In this document: positions 48,901-59,609 of the stretch, in pieces
How positions within the stretch are numbered: position 1 is the first letter of the stretch
Layout of the letters: the number at the start of each line of letters is the position of its first letter
DNA from: Octopus sinensis
Lineage: Eukaryota
Length of the DNA: 64,000 nt
Assembly (NCBI RefSeq): GCF_006345805.1
Contig: NW_021834783.1
Location: forward strand, 4,484 to 68,483
Direction: 5' to 3'
Position numbers and translations under genes: made by a program
Notes under the pieces: generated by a model
The model's input: the letters and a program-made list of their open reading frames with translations, nothing else
Databases searched by the model: none
What the model was told of the DNA's origin: nothing

Positions 48901-50331
48901 CATAAAAAGCACCATTTGAGTGTGGCCATTGCCAGTACCGCCTGACTGGCCTTCGTGCCGGTGGCACATAAAAGCATCCACTACTCTCGGAGTGGTTGGT
49001 TTTATGAAGGGCATCCAGCTGTAGAAACTCTGCCAGATCAGACTGGAGTCTGGTGCAGCCATCTGGTTTGCCAGACCTCAGTCAAATCGTCCAACTCATG
49101 CTTGCATGGAAAGCAGACGTTAAACGGTGATGATGATATGATGGGCTTCTTTCAGGTTTTGTCTACTAAATTCACTCGCAAGGCTTTGATTGGCCTGAGG
49201 CTGTAAGTAGAAGAAACTTGCCCAAGGTGCCATGCAGTGGGACTGAACCCGGAACCATGTTGTTGAGAAGCAGGCTTCTTTTGCCACTCTTCCACATCTG
49301 AAGTTTCTATTGAAAAGTCTTTGGATTTGTATCTTGGACCAAATCCCTAATTCTTTTGGCAAGAAAGTCAAAAATTGTAACTTTGCGACTTTTAACTAAT
49401 GAAATTCTTTTTCTTGCAGAGAATCTTTATTGGTTACTGACCAACTTGATGAAACTTGGGTTACTATTTTCGGGTAAGTCTCTCTTTTGATATCTTGCCT
49501 TTGTCTTGGAATAGTTTTTGTCTACATTTTTGCACATTATTTGTTGATGAAGAAACCAACAAGGGAGCCTCTACATCAGGGATTCTAAATCTTTTTTTTT
49601 TTTTTGTCCTACACCCAACTTCAATTTTAACCCCTAAAAAACATGCACCTCCAACATGAAGAAAAGTACACACGCACACACAAATTATGCAATAGGTGTA
49701 CAAACGGGGTAAATTTACCTATTTCTCCATTGATTGAAAACATGCCAGACAGCCCTTTCGTTACCAACCCAGCTAAAATTGCCTTTCGCTCTGTAGTACA
49801 AATGTCTTGTTTCCATAAGTTTTGAATTAAAATCTTCCCCCAAACCTTAGTCCCAATTTATGTTCCTAACACCAGCATAATGATAACTAAGTTATTTTAC
49901 TAAATTCTTTGATTTAAGATTAATTTTTTAAATTTAAATTTAAGATTAATTGCAAGAAACACAGAGCATCTCAACAGAAATATGGTAGCAAAAGGGTTAA
50001 AGTTACCATGATATTTTAAACTCTTTTGATACCAACCTGGCTGAAACCACCTCTGGCTCTGTAGTACAAATGTCTTGTTTTCATAAGTTTTGAATTAAAA
50101 TCTTCCACCAAACCTTAGTCACGATTTATGTTGCTAACACTAGCTTAATGATAACTAAGTTATTTTACTAAATTCTTTGTTACATTTAAAATTAATTGGA
50201 AGAAACACAGAGCATCTTAAAATAAATAGAGTAACGAAAGGGTTAATTGATTTTCAAACTTTGTGTTCTCATCAGAGGTGTTGACATCACTTGACCAGTT
50301 CCACAAAAACAAGCAACCAGTCTGTTTATAT

Positions 50332-50383
<52 letters not shown>

Positions 50384-51585
50384 TTCTTTCTTTATTGCCC
50401 ACAAGGGGTTAGACATAGAGGGGACAAACAAGGACAAACTAAGGGATTAAGTTGATTACATCGACCCCAGTGCGAAACTGGTACTTTATTTATTGACCCC
50501 GAAAGGATGAAAGGCAAAGTTGACTTCGGCGGAATTTGAACTCAGAACGTAACGATATATATGCGCTTGTTTAGAGCCAATGCCTCTCAATGCCCTCGTA
50601 GAAGCTCCTATGTTTCTTGTCAGCTGCCATCTGTTGTTCCTGTCTTCCAGAGTCATCCTGTAGAACGGTTATCTTTGCAGAATTCCTTACAACTTGGGAT
50701 CAATATAGTAACAACAAAAATGGCTTGGGGGTGGGAACCATAGGATATCATTAGACATTATTTATAATATCTATAAATCTTGAGCATACCCATGGAATAG
50801 AGGCATGCTCAAGATTCATAGATATTATAAATATTTAATAATATCCTCACAAATGAATATGTGGTATATAGTAACATATTGCAATAAAATGCAAAAATTT
50901 CCTTCCACAAGTCATTTTCATTATTACTATATGTATCATCATCATTTAATGACCACCTTCCATGCTAACGTAGGCAGGACGTGTGTACATATATACATAT
51001 ATATAGATGCCATGATAGATCGTTAGCTACTACACACATTTTTTCTCTCCTTGTTTTTTCTGTGTCTCTTTCTGTCGAAGAGCGTAGGCTCGAAACGTAA
51101 AAGACTTTTTCTATTCCTGAACATTATACTAATACATCTGTTTGTTTTATACACCACCTGTCTTTATCTTTGTTTTTTTCGTAATCTCTCCCTATATATA
51201 TATATAATAGAAATATTAAAATTACTAAGTCTCTCTAAAGGAGATTACGGCAGCGTTACTGGATATTAATAGTTATCGCCATACTAATATGGCAGTCTAA
51301 ATATAAGACTAAAGCTGTTGCTGATTAGCTCCAAGAGGCACCGCCTCTAGCTAGCTATATGACACAAACCTGCGTCCACTACAACCTTCGAACAGGGGAA
51401 GTCAGCCGCTTCACCTTGCTAATCAGATATCTGCAGACATGTTTGAGGGTTGTTGCCCTTTATCAATGCAGCGTAGTCAGGTTCGTGTGTCATATAGCTA
51501 GCTAGAGGCGATGGCCTCTTGGAGCTAATCAGCGACAGCTTTAGTCTTATATTTATAGACTGCCATATTAGTATGGCGATAACTA

Positions 51586-51634
<49 letters not shown>

Positions 51635-54600
51635 AATGATAATGGGTTATGGGTTCCTTCTGACATGGATTCAGCTGTGAAGAAGAGACTCACATTTAAA
51701 AATGATTCTTTCCATCTGGTTATTTAGAATTTCCTTTTCTCCTCAGCTTCAATTCAGCTGCTGCATCTTATATCCTTGACCAGTTCTCACAATATGGAAA
51801 CATTTTACAACATGTGGTATGTACTCCATTCTTGCTTTCTCTGTCAGTTTGTGTGTGTGTATGTGTGTGTGAGGAGGATATTTTGTAAATAAAAATAACC
51901 CTGAGATCTTCCCTGGGATAATTTCAATATAGAGGGGCGAGCATGGCTGTTTTAAGAGGTTTACATCTTAACGACACAGCTATTTCAGTTTTTAGTTTTG
52001 TCCGACAGTGTGGCTCTTTTTGCCAAGTGTCTTCTGTTGTAGCTCTGGACTAACCAAAGCCTTGGGAGTGGATTTGATAGGTGCAATCTAAAAGAAGCCC
52101 ATCATATATATATATATATATATATATAGGCGCAGGAGTGGCTGTGTGGTAAGTAGCTTGCTAACCAACCACATGTTTCCGGGTTCAGTCCCACTGCGTG
52201 GCACCTTGGGCAAGTGTCTTCTACTATAGCCTCGAGCCGACCAAAGCCTTGTGAGTGGATTTGGTAGACGGAAACTGAAAGAAGCCTATCGTATATATGT
52301 ATATGTGTGTGTGTGTCTGTGTTCGTCCCCCTAGCATTGCTTGACAACCGATGCTGGTGTGTTTACGTCTCCGTCACTTAGCGGTGCGGCAAAAAGAAAC
52401 CGATAGAATAAGTACTGGGCTTACAAAAGAATAAGTCCCGGGGTTGATTTTCTCGATTAAAGGCGGTGCTCCAGCATAGCCGCAGTCAAATGACTGAAAC
52501 AAGTAAAAGAGTATATATATATATATATATATATATATCATCGTTTAACGTCCGTTTTCCATGCTAGCATAGGTTGGACGGTTCAACTGGGGTCTGGGAA
52601 ACCAGGAGGCTACACCAGGCTCCAGTCTGATCTGGCAGTGTTTCTACAGCTGGATGCCCTTCCTAATGCCAACCACTCCTTGAGTGTGGTGGGTGCTTTT
52701 TATGTGTCACCGCCGTCCTGGCATGTAAGAATGTATATAAAATATAATGTGGGTGTATGTTTGTCTCATTGTGTTGATGTCACACATGCTGTGATAATTA
52801 TGAACAAATGTTGCTATCCAACCTTCCATGGAAGGCATGTCCAACCATGGAGAAATATTACCTTTCTAGTAACAGAAAGGGCATCTGGCTATAGAAAATC
52901 TGCCTTAGTGAATTCTGTCTGGTCTGTGCAGGAATGGGGAAATGGATGTGAAACAAATGATAGTGTTTTGACATTGTTTAAATGCTTAATATAAAACCAT
53001 GTCACAACTTAAGCCATGATGTCGTTTGTGCTTTGTATGAGACATGTCAAGTCATTCAGAAGTTTGTTAGATGAAAGACCAGGGAGATAATAAATACATG
53101 GTTATCACCATTTAATGCCCACTTTTCCTTGTCTGCATGCACGAGATGGAATTTAATGAGGCAGGTTAGCAACAGGAAAGGCATCCTGCTGTACAAGATG
53201 TGCCTCAACAAAATGAACATTAAATGACTCTATTTACTTGCTCAGCGATGGTGGGATTCCAGATGAGATGAACGTGTGCGGCAAGCCTCACTTCATATCC
53301 CATTGTCACTCTTTGTTTCTGCTCTGCTGGCAGGGGAAGACTATACCTGACAGGTGGAAACACTCCAATACTGTCACAGACTACAAGCACGAGGGAAACC
53401 ATACAGAGTTTGGCAACAGCAGAGGAATCTCTCATCCAGATAATACCGGAAAGATCATCATCATCGTTTAACCTTCGCTTTCCATGCTAGCATGGGTTGA
53501 ACGATTTGACTGAGGACTGGCAAACCAGATGGCTGCACCAGGCTCCAATCTGATCTGGCAGAGTTTCTACAGCTGGATGCCCTTCCTAACGCCAACCACT
53601 CCGAGAATGTAGTGGGTGCTTATAAAGTGCCACCGGCACGAGGGCTAGTCTGGCGGTACTGGCAATGGCCACACTCGAAAATGGTGTTTTTTACGTGCCA
53701 CCTGCACAGGAGTCAGTCCAGCAGCACTGGCAACAACCTCGCTCGAATGTTTTGTTCACGTGTCACCGGCACAAGTGCCAGTGAGGTGACGCTGACAACG
53801 ATTCCCCTCAGTCTTCCACTTGTTGTCAACCTGGTCATGCCTTAAGTCCCTGTGTGGATTTTGACCAGAAAGAAGTATTTCTCACCTGATATTTGTGACC
53901 CATCTTCTTGAAAAGTGTCATGAACTGCTGAGAGGGACATAGGTTACACCTTCATCAATTTAACAAAGACATTTGACACAGTCCACCATCCTATGTTGTG
54001 GTGATTCACAAGTTTGGCTGTCCACCAACATTACTCTCAAAATGACTATGTTGATGATGATGATGATAACTGTACAGAATATGTGTTGTGTAATTAAAGA
54101 TTGATGTTGATTACTTTATGTTTTGATAATGAATTTGGTCAGAAAGTTCTTCTAACAATTTCAGCGTAGAGAATCCGTAATGTTATTGAAGTGGAGAAAA
54201 GATATGTTCTTTACCAGCTGCTGTTTTAGTTATTATCTCCCCCCCCCCCCATTGCTGTTTATTTCTAAATTTATATCTTTATTTATTTTTTTTTTCTTGT
54301 TTTGTTGCAGATATCTTCAGATGGCAATTGGATGCATATACAATATCAATCCAAATTACAAGCTAAAAAGGCTCTCAGCAAGAATGGCAAAATATTTGGT
54401 GATAGTATTATGTTGGGAGTTACACCTTGCATTGATAAGGTAATCCCCCACTTCTCTTACTTAGGTATCTTGACTTTAAAACCAGGGTGTTACTTGTCAC
54501 ATGATGGGTAAATTAGGAAGTATGCTTTTACCACCATAGCTTATATCAAGAAATTTGGCAAACATACACTTTACTCTCTCTCTCTTTTACTCTTTTACTT

Positions 54601-55744
54601 GTTTCAGTCATTTGACTGCGGCCATGCTGGAGCACCGCCTTTAGTCGAGCAAATCGACCCCGGGACTTATTCTATCGGCCTATATGTTATAACTAGTTTA
54701 TATTAAAGAATAAAGATGTTGTGAGTCGGAATCAGAGTCAGTATAGTTTCACCCTCTCTGACTCCAGCTACCCCTTAATTGTTTCTGACTCCACGACTGC
54801 CACCAAGCTTATGTATGAGACGAAGACAGGAGAATAGGAATCTCATTTCAATGATTCATTGGTTAGGCATTAGAAAAAATCTCAAGTTGTTAAAACACAC
54901 CAAAATATTTTCAGATTTGCAAAATCCTCTCTCTTGAAGCAGAATAGCAATTTTTTTTAATGTAATTGGTTTTGCAGTAATTATTTTCTAATTATTTATT
55001 TTACTTTGTTCACAGAATCTCATGGAATCTAACAAAGAAAATATACATATCCATAGCATTCTATCGGCGCCATCCAATATCTACCATTCCACACCGATGT
55101 CTTCCAAGATCCAAAGCCATTCTCTATTACCCAACGTGATTGGAACCCCTAACTCTCTCTCAACAGGTGTAAGACCAATTAATACACCAAAGTCTTTGCA
55201 AAAAAGACCATTGAATGAAAGCGAGGTAACTTTGTTCTCCATTCTAAATTTGTTTGATTTCAAGCAGAGGTTCTCAGCCCTTTTTTTTTGCTATTGACCC
55301 CATCGGTTCTTTTTTGTATTCAGTTGGACCCTCATAACCATTCAATGCTTTAAAAATCCTATAATATTTTCATAATTGAATATTTATCAGGAATTGTATA
55401 AAAAGATTAAAATATTTTGTGTATTGCAGAAATATAAGCAAATTATTGCACATAAATTATGACAGCAAAATCTTGTAGTGCCCTCAAAAGGGTCGTATGG
55501 GTCCTGGTAGAGAGCCACTTCACTGGATTTAGTTTCCAACCATGTAGTTTTGAGTTCAGTCCCACTGCTTGGCACTTTGAGCGAATGTCTTCTACTATAG
55601 TCCAGAGTGGCATTTCTCAACTATTTTACTCTTGCGTAATGCTTAAAATAAATTATGTCTCAAGGAACCTCTGCACACAAAAAAAATTATATACAATATT
55701 TTTCCATTGTAGTTCATGTAGTAAATATTTTGTGTGTGTGTGTG

Positions 55745-55775
<31 letters not shown>

Positions 55776-57698
55776 CATTTAACATCCGTTTTCCATGCTG
55801 GCATGGCTTGGATGGTTTGACTGAGGTCTGGAGAGCCAGCAGCTGCACCAGGCTTCAACCTGATCTGACAATGTTTCTACAGCTGGATGCCCTTCCTAAT
55901 GCTAACCACTCTAGTGGGTGTTTTTTACATGCCACCGCCACAGGAGCCAATCAGGGGACATTGGCATTGGCCACATTCGGATGTTACATTTTATGTTGCA
56001 CTGGCACGGGAGCCAGTCAGCAGACTTGGTCGCCTAGGTAGCGGAAGCTATCAACTACTTCTAGTTTTTTCCCCTGACATGTGATGGAATCTGTTTTCAG
56101 TGTTTATTGCCCCAGTGCATCTCCCACACGCAAAAACTATCTTCCCAGTTAACCTTCCTTTGATATTGCTGCACCTTTTATGTGTCCATAGCTTACACTG
56201 AGTACATCGTATGGAGTTTCTACTCACACCTTTTCTACTGCTCAAGCAGGGCCATCTACCTGAAGGGGCTTGATTTGTCAGCCATCCTACTTACTAAGAC
56301 TTTGGTTTTTGCTAGGTTAACCCATTAGATCCTTCAATTCTAGACCTTGCTTCTGGCGGTGACTCGGCTATTAGAGGAGCTCTCAGGGGCAGCCTGTCTT
56401 GAATTCCTCTGTTATTACCTGGAGATGATTGTTATATTTTTTTGATAACATAATAGGTTAGAAAGGATGAGATCTATAAGTGCAAGTATTCCCTCATCTA
56501 TGTGTGTATTCATTTGCTGGTTGTGTACACTGTGGAAAGCGTGTCTTAAGTTTTTTTGAATGTTGCATTGGGGCAGGCATGGCTGTTCCCAACTACATAG
56601 TTCTAGGCTCAATCCCATTGTGTGGCATCTCGAGCAAGTGTCTTGTACTATATCCTCAGATCAACCAAAGCCTTGTGTGTGGATTTTGTAGATGGAAACC
56701 AAAACTATTTGTATGTGTGGGGCCGTTCGCCAGCTTCGTCTGGCACCTGTGTCGGTGGCACATAAAAAACACCATCCGAGCGTGGCCGTTCGCCAGCCTC
56801 GTCTGGCACCTGTGTCAGTGGCACATAAAAAGCACCCACTACACTCACGGAGTGGTTGGCGTTAGGAAGGGCATCCAGCTGTAGAAACTTTGCCAGATCG
56901 GACTGGAGCCTGGTGCAGCCTTTGGGCTTCCCAGACCCCAGTTGAACCGTCCAACCCATGCTAGCATGGAAAACGGACGTTATACGACGATGATGTACAT
57001 GAACCCTTGATACACATATCTTTTATGTCAGTCATTTAACTGTAAACTGATTTGAATGTTACTTGTCAAACTTGGTAGATTAAAATGGGTAATGCCTTGT
57101 GGAAATGAGCTAACTTCCTGATATTTGTATTATTTAAAATAATTAATTGCAACTGCTTTGCATGTGAAAGAGTTCATGTTTTCAGTGCAGGTGTGGCTTG
57201 TGTGGTTTAGAAGCTTGCTTCCCAACCATGTGGTCTCAGGTTCAGTTCCATTGTGTGGCACCTTGGGCAGATGTCTTTTACTGTAGCCCCGGGTCTACCC
57301 AGTGCCTTGTGAGTTGATTTGGTAAACAGAAACTGAAGGAAGCCCATATGTGTATGGACCCTTGTCTTGATATCATGAGATGATTGTGAACAAGTGGCTT
57401 TATCATAAAAGCAGTGTTACTTGTTTCCAATGTTTGGCCTTACTTGGAAACAGGTGAGGGTTGGCAACAGGAAAGGCATCCAGCTGTAGAATATCTGCCT
57501 CAGCAAATTCTGTTTGACCCAAGCAAGTATGGAAGAGGGTGTTAAATGATGATTGATTTAATTTTTTTTTTTTATTTTAGTTTGCTGAAATCTCCATGAT
57601 TTTTTTTTCTCCCTGTTTAGGTGTTCCAGACAGCACGGACTCCACAGAAAAGCAATGATTTTTTCTCTAAAGCCATGGAATATGTTTTTGGCTGGTAG
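39805..57698 (+). CDS. NUP35: Nucleoporin NUP35/Nup53, spliced CDS join(39805-39900,40699-40814,44353-44455,45577-45658,47139-47259,49420-49473,51747-51816,54311-54439,55016-55225,57621-57698), 1059 nt, 352 aa
   Basis: Family motifs [39 protein letters not shown]-like [10 protein letters not shown]...[12 protein letters not shown]...[39 protein letters not shown] and C-terminal [10 protein letters not shown]; all introns GT-AG, phases consistent. Confidence 0.93.
40699..40814 (+). CDS. NUP35: NUP35 coding exon 2
   Basis: cctttag acceptor, AAG/gtgagt donor, open frame, phase 0-2. Confidence 0.8.
41690..42095 (+). pseudogene. Merlin/IS1595 (ISXO2-like) DDE transposase remnant
   Basis: [49 protein letters not shown] motifs, with stops and frameshifts. 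Confidence 0.8.
43240..43570 (-). mobile_element. Degenerate L2/Jockey-like LINE 3' fragment
   Basis: Remnants resembling ...NSLPAYMFP..YLQK and HPY motifs of LINE RT C-termini; heavily disrupted. Confidence 0.4.
44353..44455 (+). CDS. NUP35: NUP35 coding exon 3
   Basis: tttttcag acceptor; [15 protein letters not shown] motif; CAA/gtaagt donor. Confidence 0.88.
44869..45318. mobile_element. Imperfect approx. 450-bp foldback element in NUP35 intron 3
   Basis: ATAAAATGAGACAACAAAGCCAAG... versus ...CTTGGCTTTGTTGTTTCATTTTAT, with pairing continuing inward. Confidence 0.7.
45577..45658 (+). CDS. NUP35: NUP35 coding exon 4
   Basis: ttttgtag acceptor, TTG/gtaaga donor; supplies the phase 0-1 link needed between neighbouring exons. 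Confidence 0.78.
45835..46216 (+). mobile_element. RTE 3'UTR copy
   Basis: GACCTATTGAGTCAAGTAC to TTAAACGATGATGA; faces a minus-strand copy at about 46455-46890. Confidence 0.8.
47139..47259 (+). CDS. NUP35: NUP35 coding exon 5
   Basis: tttccag acceptor; [12 protein letters not shown] motif; GG/gtatgt donor. Confidence 0.9.
49420..49473 (+). CDS. NUP35: NUP35 coding exon 6
   Basis: ttcttgcag acceptor; [18 protein letters not shown]; GG/gtaagt donor. Confidence 0.9.
51263..51592. mobile_element. Foldback with approx. 110-bp arms and a dead hammerhead motif in its loop (Penelope-derived?)
   Basis: Arms 51263-51372 and 51478-51592; minus-strand loop motif CUGCA-UUGAUAA-AGGG-CAACAA-CCCU-CAAAC-AUGUC-UGCAG at 51431-51471. 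Confidence 0.65.
51747..51816 (+). CDS. NUP35: NUP35 coding exon 7
   Basis: ctcctcag acceptor; [23 protein letters not shown]; GTG/gtatgt donor. Confidence 0.9.
52129..52512 (+). mobile_element. SINE family 2, full-length reference copy
   Basis: tRNA-like head GGCGCAGGAGTGGCTGTGTGG...GGGTTCAGTCCC, internal microsatellite, tail AAATGACTGAAACAAGTAAAAGAGTA; further partial copies throughout the window. Confidence 0.8.
54311..54439 (+). CDS. NUP35: NUP35 coding exon 8 (RRM core)
   Basis: ttgcag acceptor; [43 protein letters not shown]; AAG/gtaatc donor. Confidence 0.95.
55016..55225 (+). CDS. NUP35: NUP35 coding exon 9
   Basis: ttcacag acceptor; 210 nt open frame; GAG/gtaact donor. Confidence 0.82.
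55775..56345 (-). mobile_element. Internally deleted RTE copy (3'UTR joined to the PHD-coding piece)
   Basis: [27 protein letters not shown]...FACGRC, homologous to 3714-3845. Confidence 0.8.
57621..57698 (+). CDS. NUP35: NUP35 terminal coding exon (amphipathic helix [10 protein letters not shown])
   Basis: ccctgtttag acceptor; [25 protein letters not shown]. Confidence 0.93.
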   Translation: MFQTARTPQKSNDFFSKAMEYVFGW

Positions 57699-57881
57699 AT
57701 TATATCAATATTTTAAGTCCGTATATCATTTTAGGATTAAAGAAGAAGAAAAATTCAAAAATGTTTAAACTAGGGGATTTAATGTTTATATTTTTTGGTA
57801 TATAATTAATCCATCTCCGAAAGTTTCTGCTTTATTTTTGTATAAGTCACCTTTGTACAAAGCTGTCGTTAATAATTAAAT

Positions 57882-57887
57882 AATAAA
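57882..57887 (+). terminator. Putative poly(A) signal of NUP35
   Basis: AATAAA about 185 nt after the stop, preceded by ATTAAA at 57875-57880. Confidence 0.55.
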
Positions 57888-57930
57888 TTAAAAGCAACTC
57901 TAAGTAATGTAACCATTATCAATCACCTGT

Positions 57931-58055
57931 GGAATGGCATCCAGGAAAAGCTCCCAATTAAAGAACACCTGAATGTCACACGTAGCTTGGTCTGTGATGT
58001 TCAGGGGTTCTTTAACCCTCAGCATTGTTCAGGGAGCTTTCCCCAGACGCTATCC
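57931..58055 (+). ncRNA. Candidate structured RNA / pre-miRNA-like hairpin
   Basis: 23-bp stem (one mismatch, two G.U) with a 12-nt loop, plus a basal stem GGAAAAGCUCCC/GGGAGCUUUCC; function unknown. Confidence 0.45.
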
Positions 58056-59021
58056 CGCAGCAAATTTGGTGTATAAACAAAGCACATTACACTATGTATG
58101 CGTGACTGATAATAATACCATTGTTAATAACTTACATATTAGATACTGCTCTGACGAGCCATTCATCAACACCTTGTTACCTTAGCGACCACCCAATCTG
58201 GTACCCTGCCCAATTGACAGTACCATCCACATGTAATCTGGTGGTAACTAAGGAAACTAGAGATTAACAAATGGCTTTTGAGAGGTAAAAAGAAGGGCAG
58301 AGAACTGATGTATAACAATTTCTATAAGTTAGATTCAATCAGTTTAGATAAAATTATTTTTTTAATGCTGCTTTTTGGATTTGGATTAGTTGTTGCTTTG
58401 GCATATCAGTTTAATTACCCAATTATTAATCTTAATTACGAGAGATTTTAGCCTCTGTTTAATTTACATATATTTTAATCCATAACTTTTAAGATCTGTC
58501 GCTAACATTTTAGACTTTGGTTGAAGTTTGCTTTTCACTGAAACCCCCCCCCCCCCGCTTAATATTTTCCCCAATGCCTTTTGTGATTGTAAAGATATTT
58601 TGTTTACCTGTGTAAATTTTGTAAATATATACATATGTATATAACTATGTCGAACTTTTAAACGAGTAAACAGGAGAAATTAATAATTATGAATGACACT
58701 ATACAGCAAATAATTTATAATTTTTGTATATAGACACAGATTTAAAGGAAGATAGGCTCCTGAACCCAAAGTGAATGAGAGAGAGAAAGCAATGTATCCC
58801 ATAACCAGACGATCATTTCATATATAAGGAACTGAACTCAGGAGGTACTCAAGCCTGGGGTTGCATGTTCCCTCTCGTTCACTTATAAATTGTACATTTA
58901 TTTGCTATACAGTTTTCCCATAATTATTTAAAGACTGCAAGTTGAAAGGTTCGTCCTTGACCCTGTTTATACCAACTTGCTTGAAACTGCTCTTGATCCA
59001 CTTGGTACAATGTTCCCGTTT

Positions 59022-59609
59022 AAGGCGGCGAGCTGGCAGAAACGTTAGCACGCCGGGTGAAATGCTTAGCAGTATTTCGTCTGCCATTACGTTATAAGTT
59101 CAAATTCCGCCGAGGTCAACTTTACCTTTCATCCTTTCGGAGTCAATAAATTAAGTACCAGTTACGCACTGGGGTTGATATAATCGACTTAATCCGTTTG
59201 TCTGTCCTTGTTTGTCCCCTCTGTGTTTAGCCCTTTGTGGGTAGTAAAGAAATAAGTATTTCGTCTGCCGTTACATTCTGAGTTCAAATTCTGCCGAGGT
59301 CGACTTTGCCTTTCATCCTTTTGGGGTCGATTAAATAAGTACCAGTTACGCACTGGGGTTGATATAATCGACTTAATCCGTTTGTCCTCTCTCTGTTTAG
59401 CCCCTTGTGGGTAGTAAAGAAATAGGTATTTCGTTTGCCGTTACGTCCTGAGTTCAAATTCCGCCGAGGTCGACTTTGCCTTTCATCCTTTCATGGTCGA
59501 TAAATTAAGTACCAGTTACGCACTGGGGTCAATATAATCGGCTTAATCCGTTTGTCTGTCCTTGTTTGTCCTCTCTGTGTTTAGCCCCTTGTGGGTAGTA
59601 AAGAAATAA
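59022..59609 (+). mobile_element. Trimeric SINE family 1 inserted as one event
   Basis: 17-bp TSD GTACAATGTTCCCGTTT at 59005-59021 and 59610-59626; unit starts 59072, 59256 and 59426. Confidence 0.88.

Noticed and set aside
53220-53471. Possible LINE C-terminal zinc-knuckle remnant
   Set aside because: Similarity too weak and disrupted to support a call by eye
54440-54450. Possible U12-type intron donor (GTAATCCCC)
   Set aside because: Does not match GTATCCTT; all introns in both genes look U2-type
58012-58022. TAACCCT resembling a telomerase template for TTAGGG
   Set aside because: Only one repeat unit, partly inside the hairpin stem; no pseudoknot or CR4/5 features seen
58151-58175. CTGACGA hammerhead-like core
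   Set aside because: No stem II followed by GAAA; likewise CTGATGA on the minus strand near 35545
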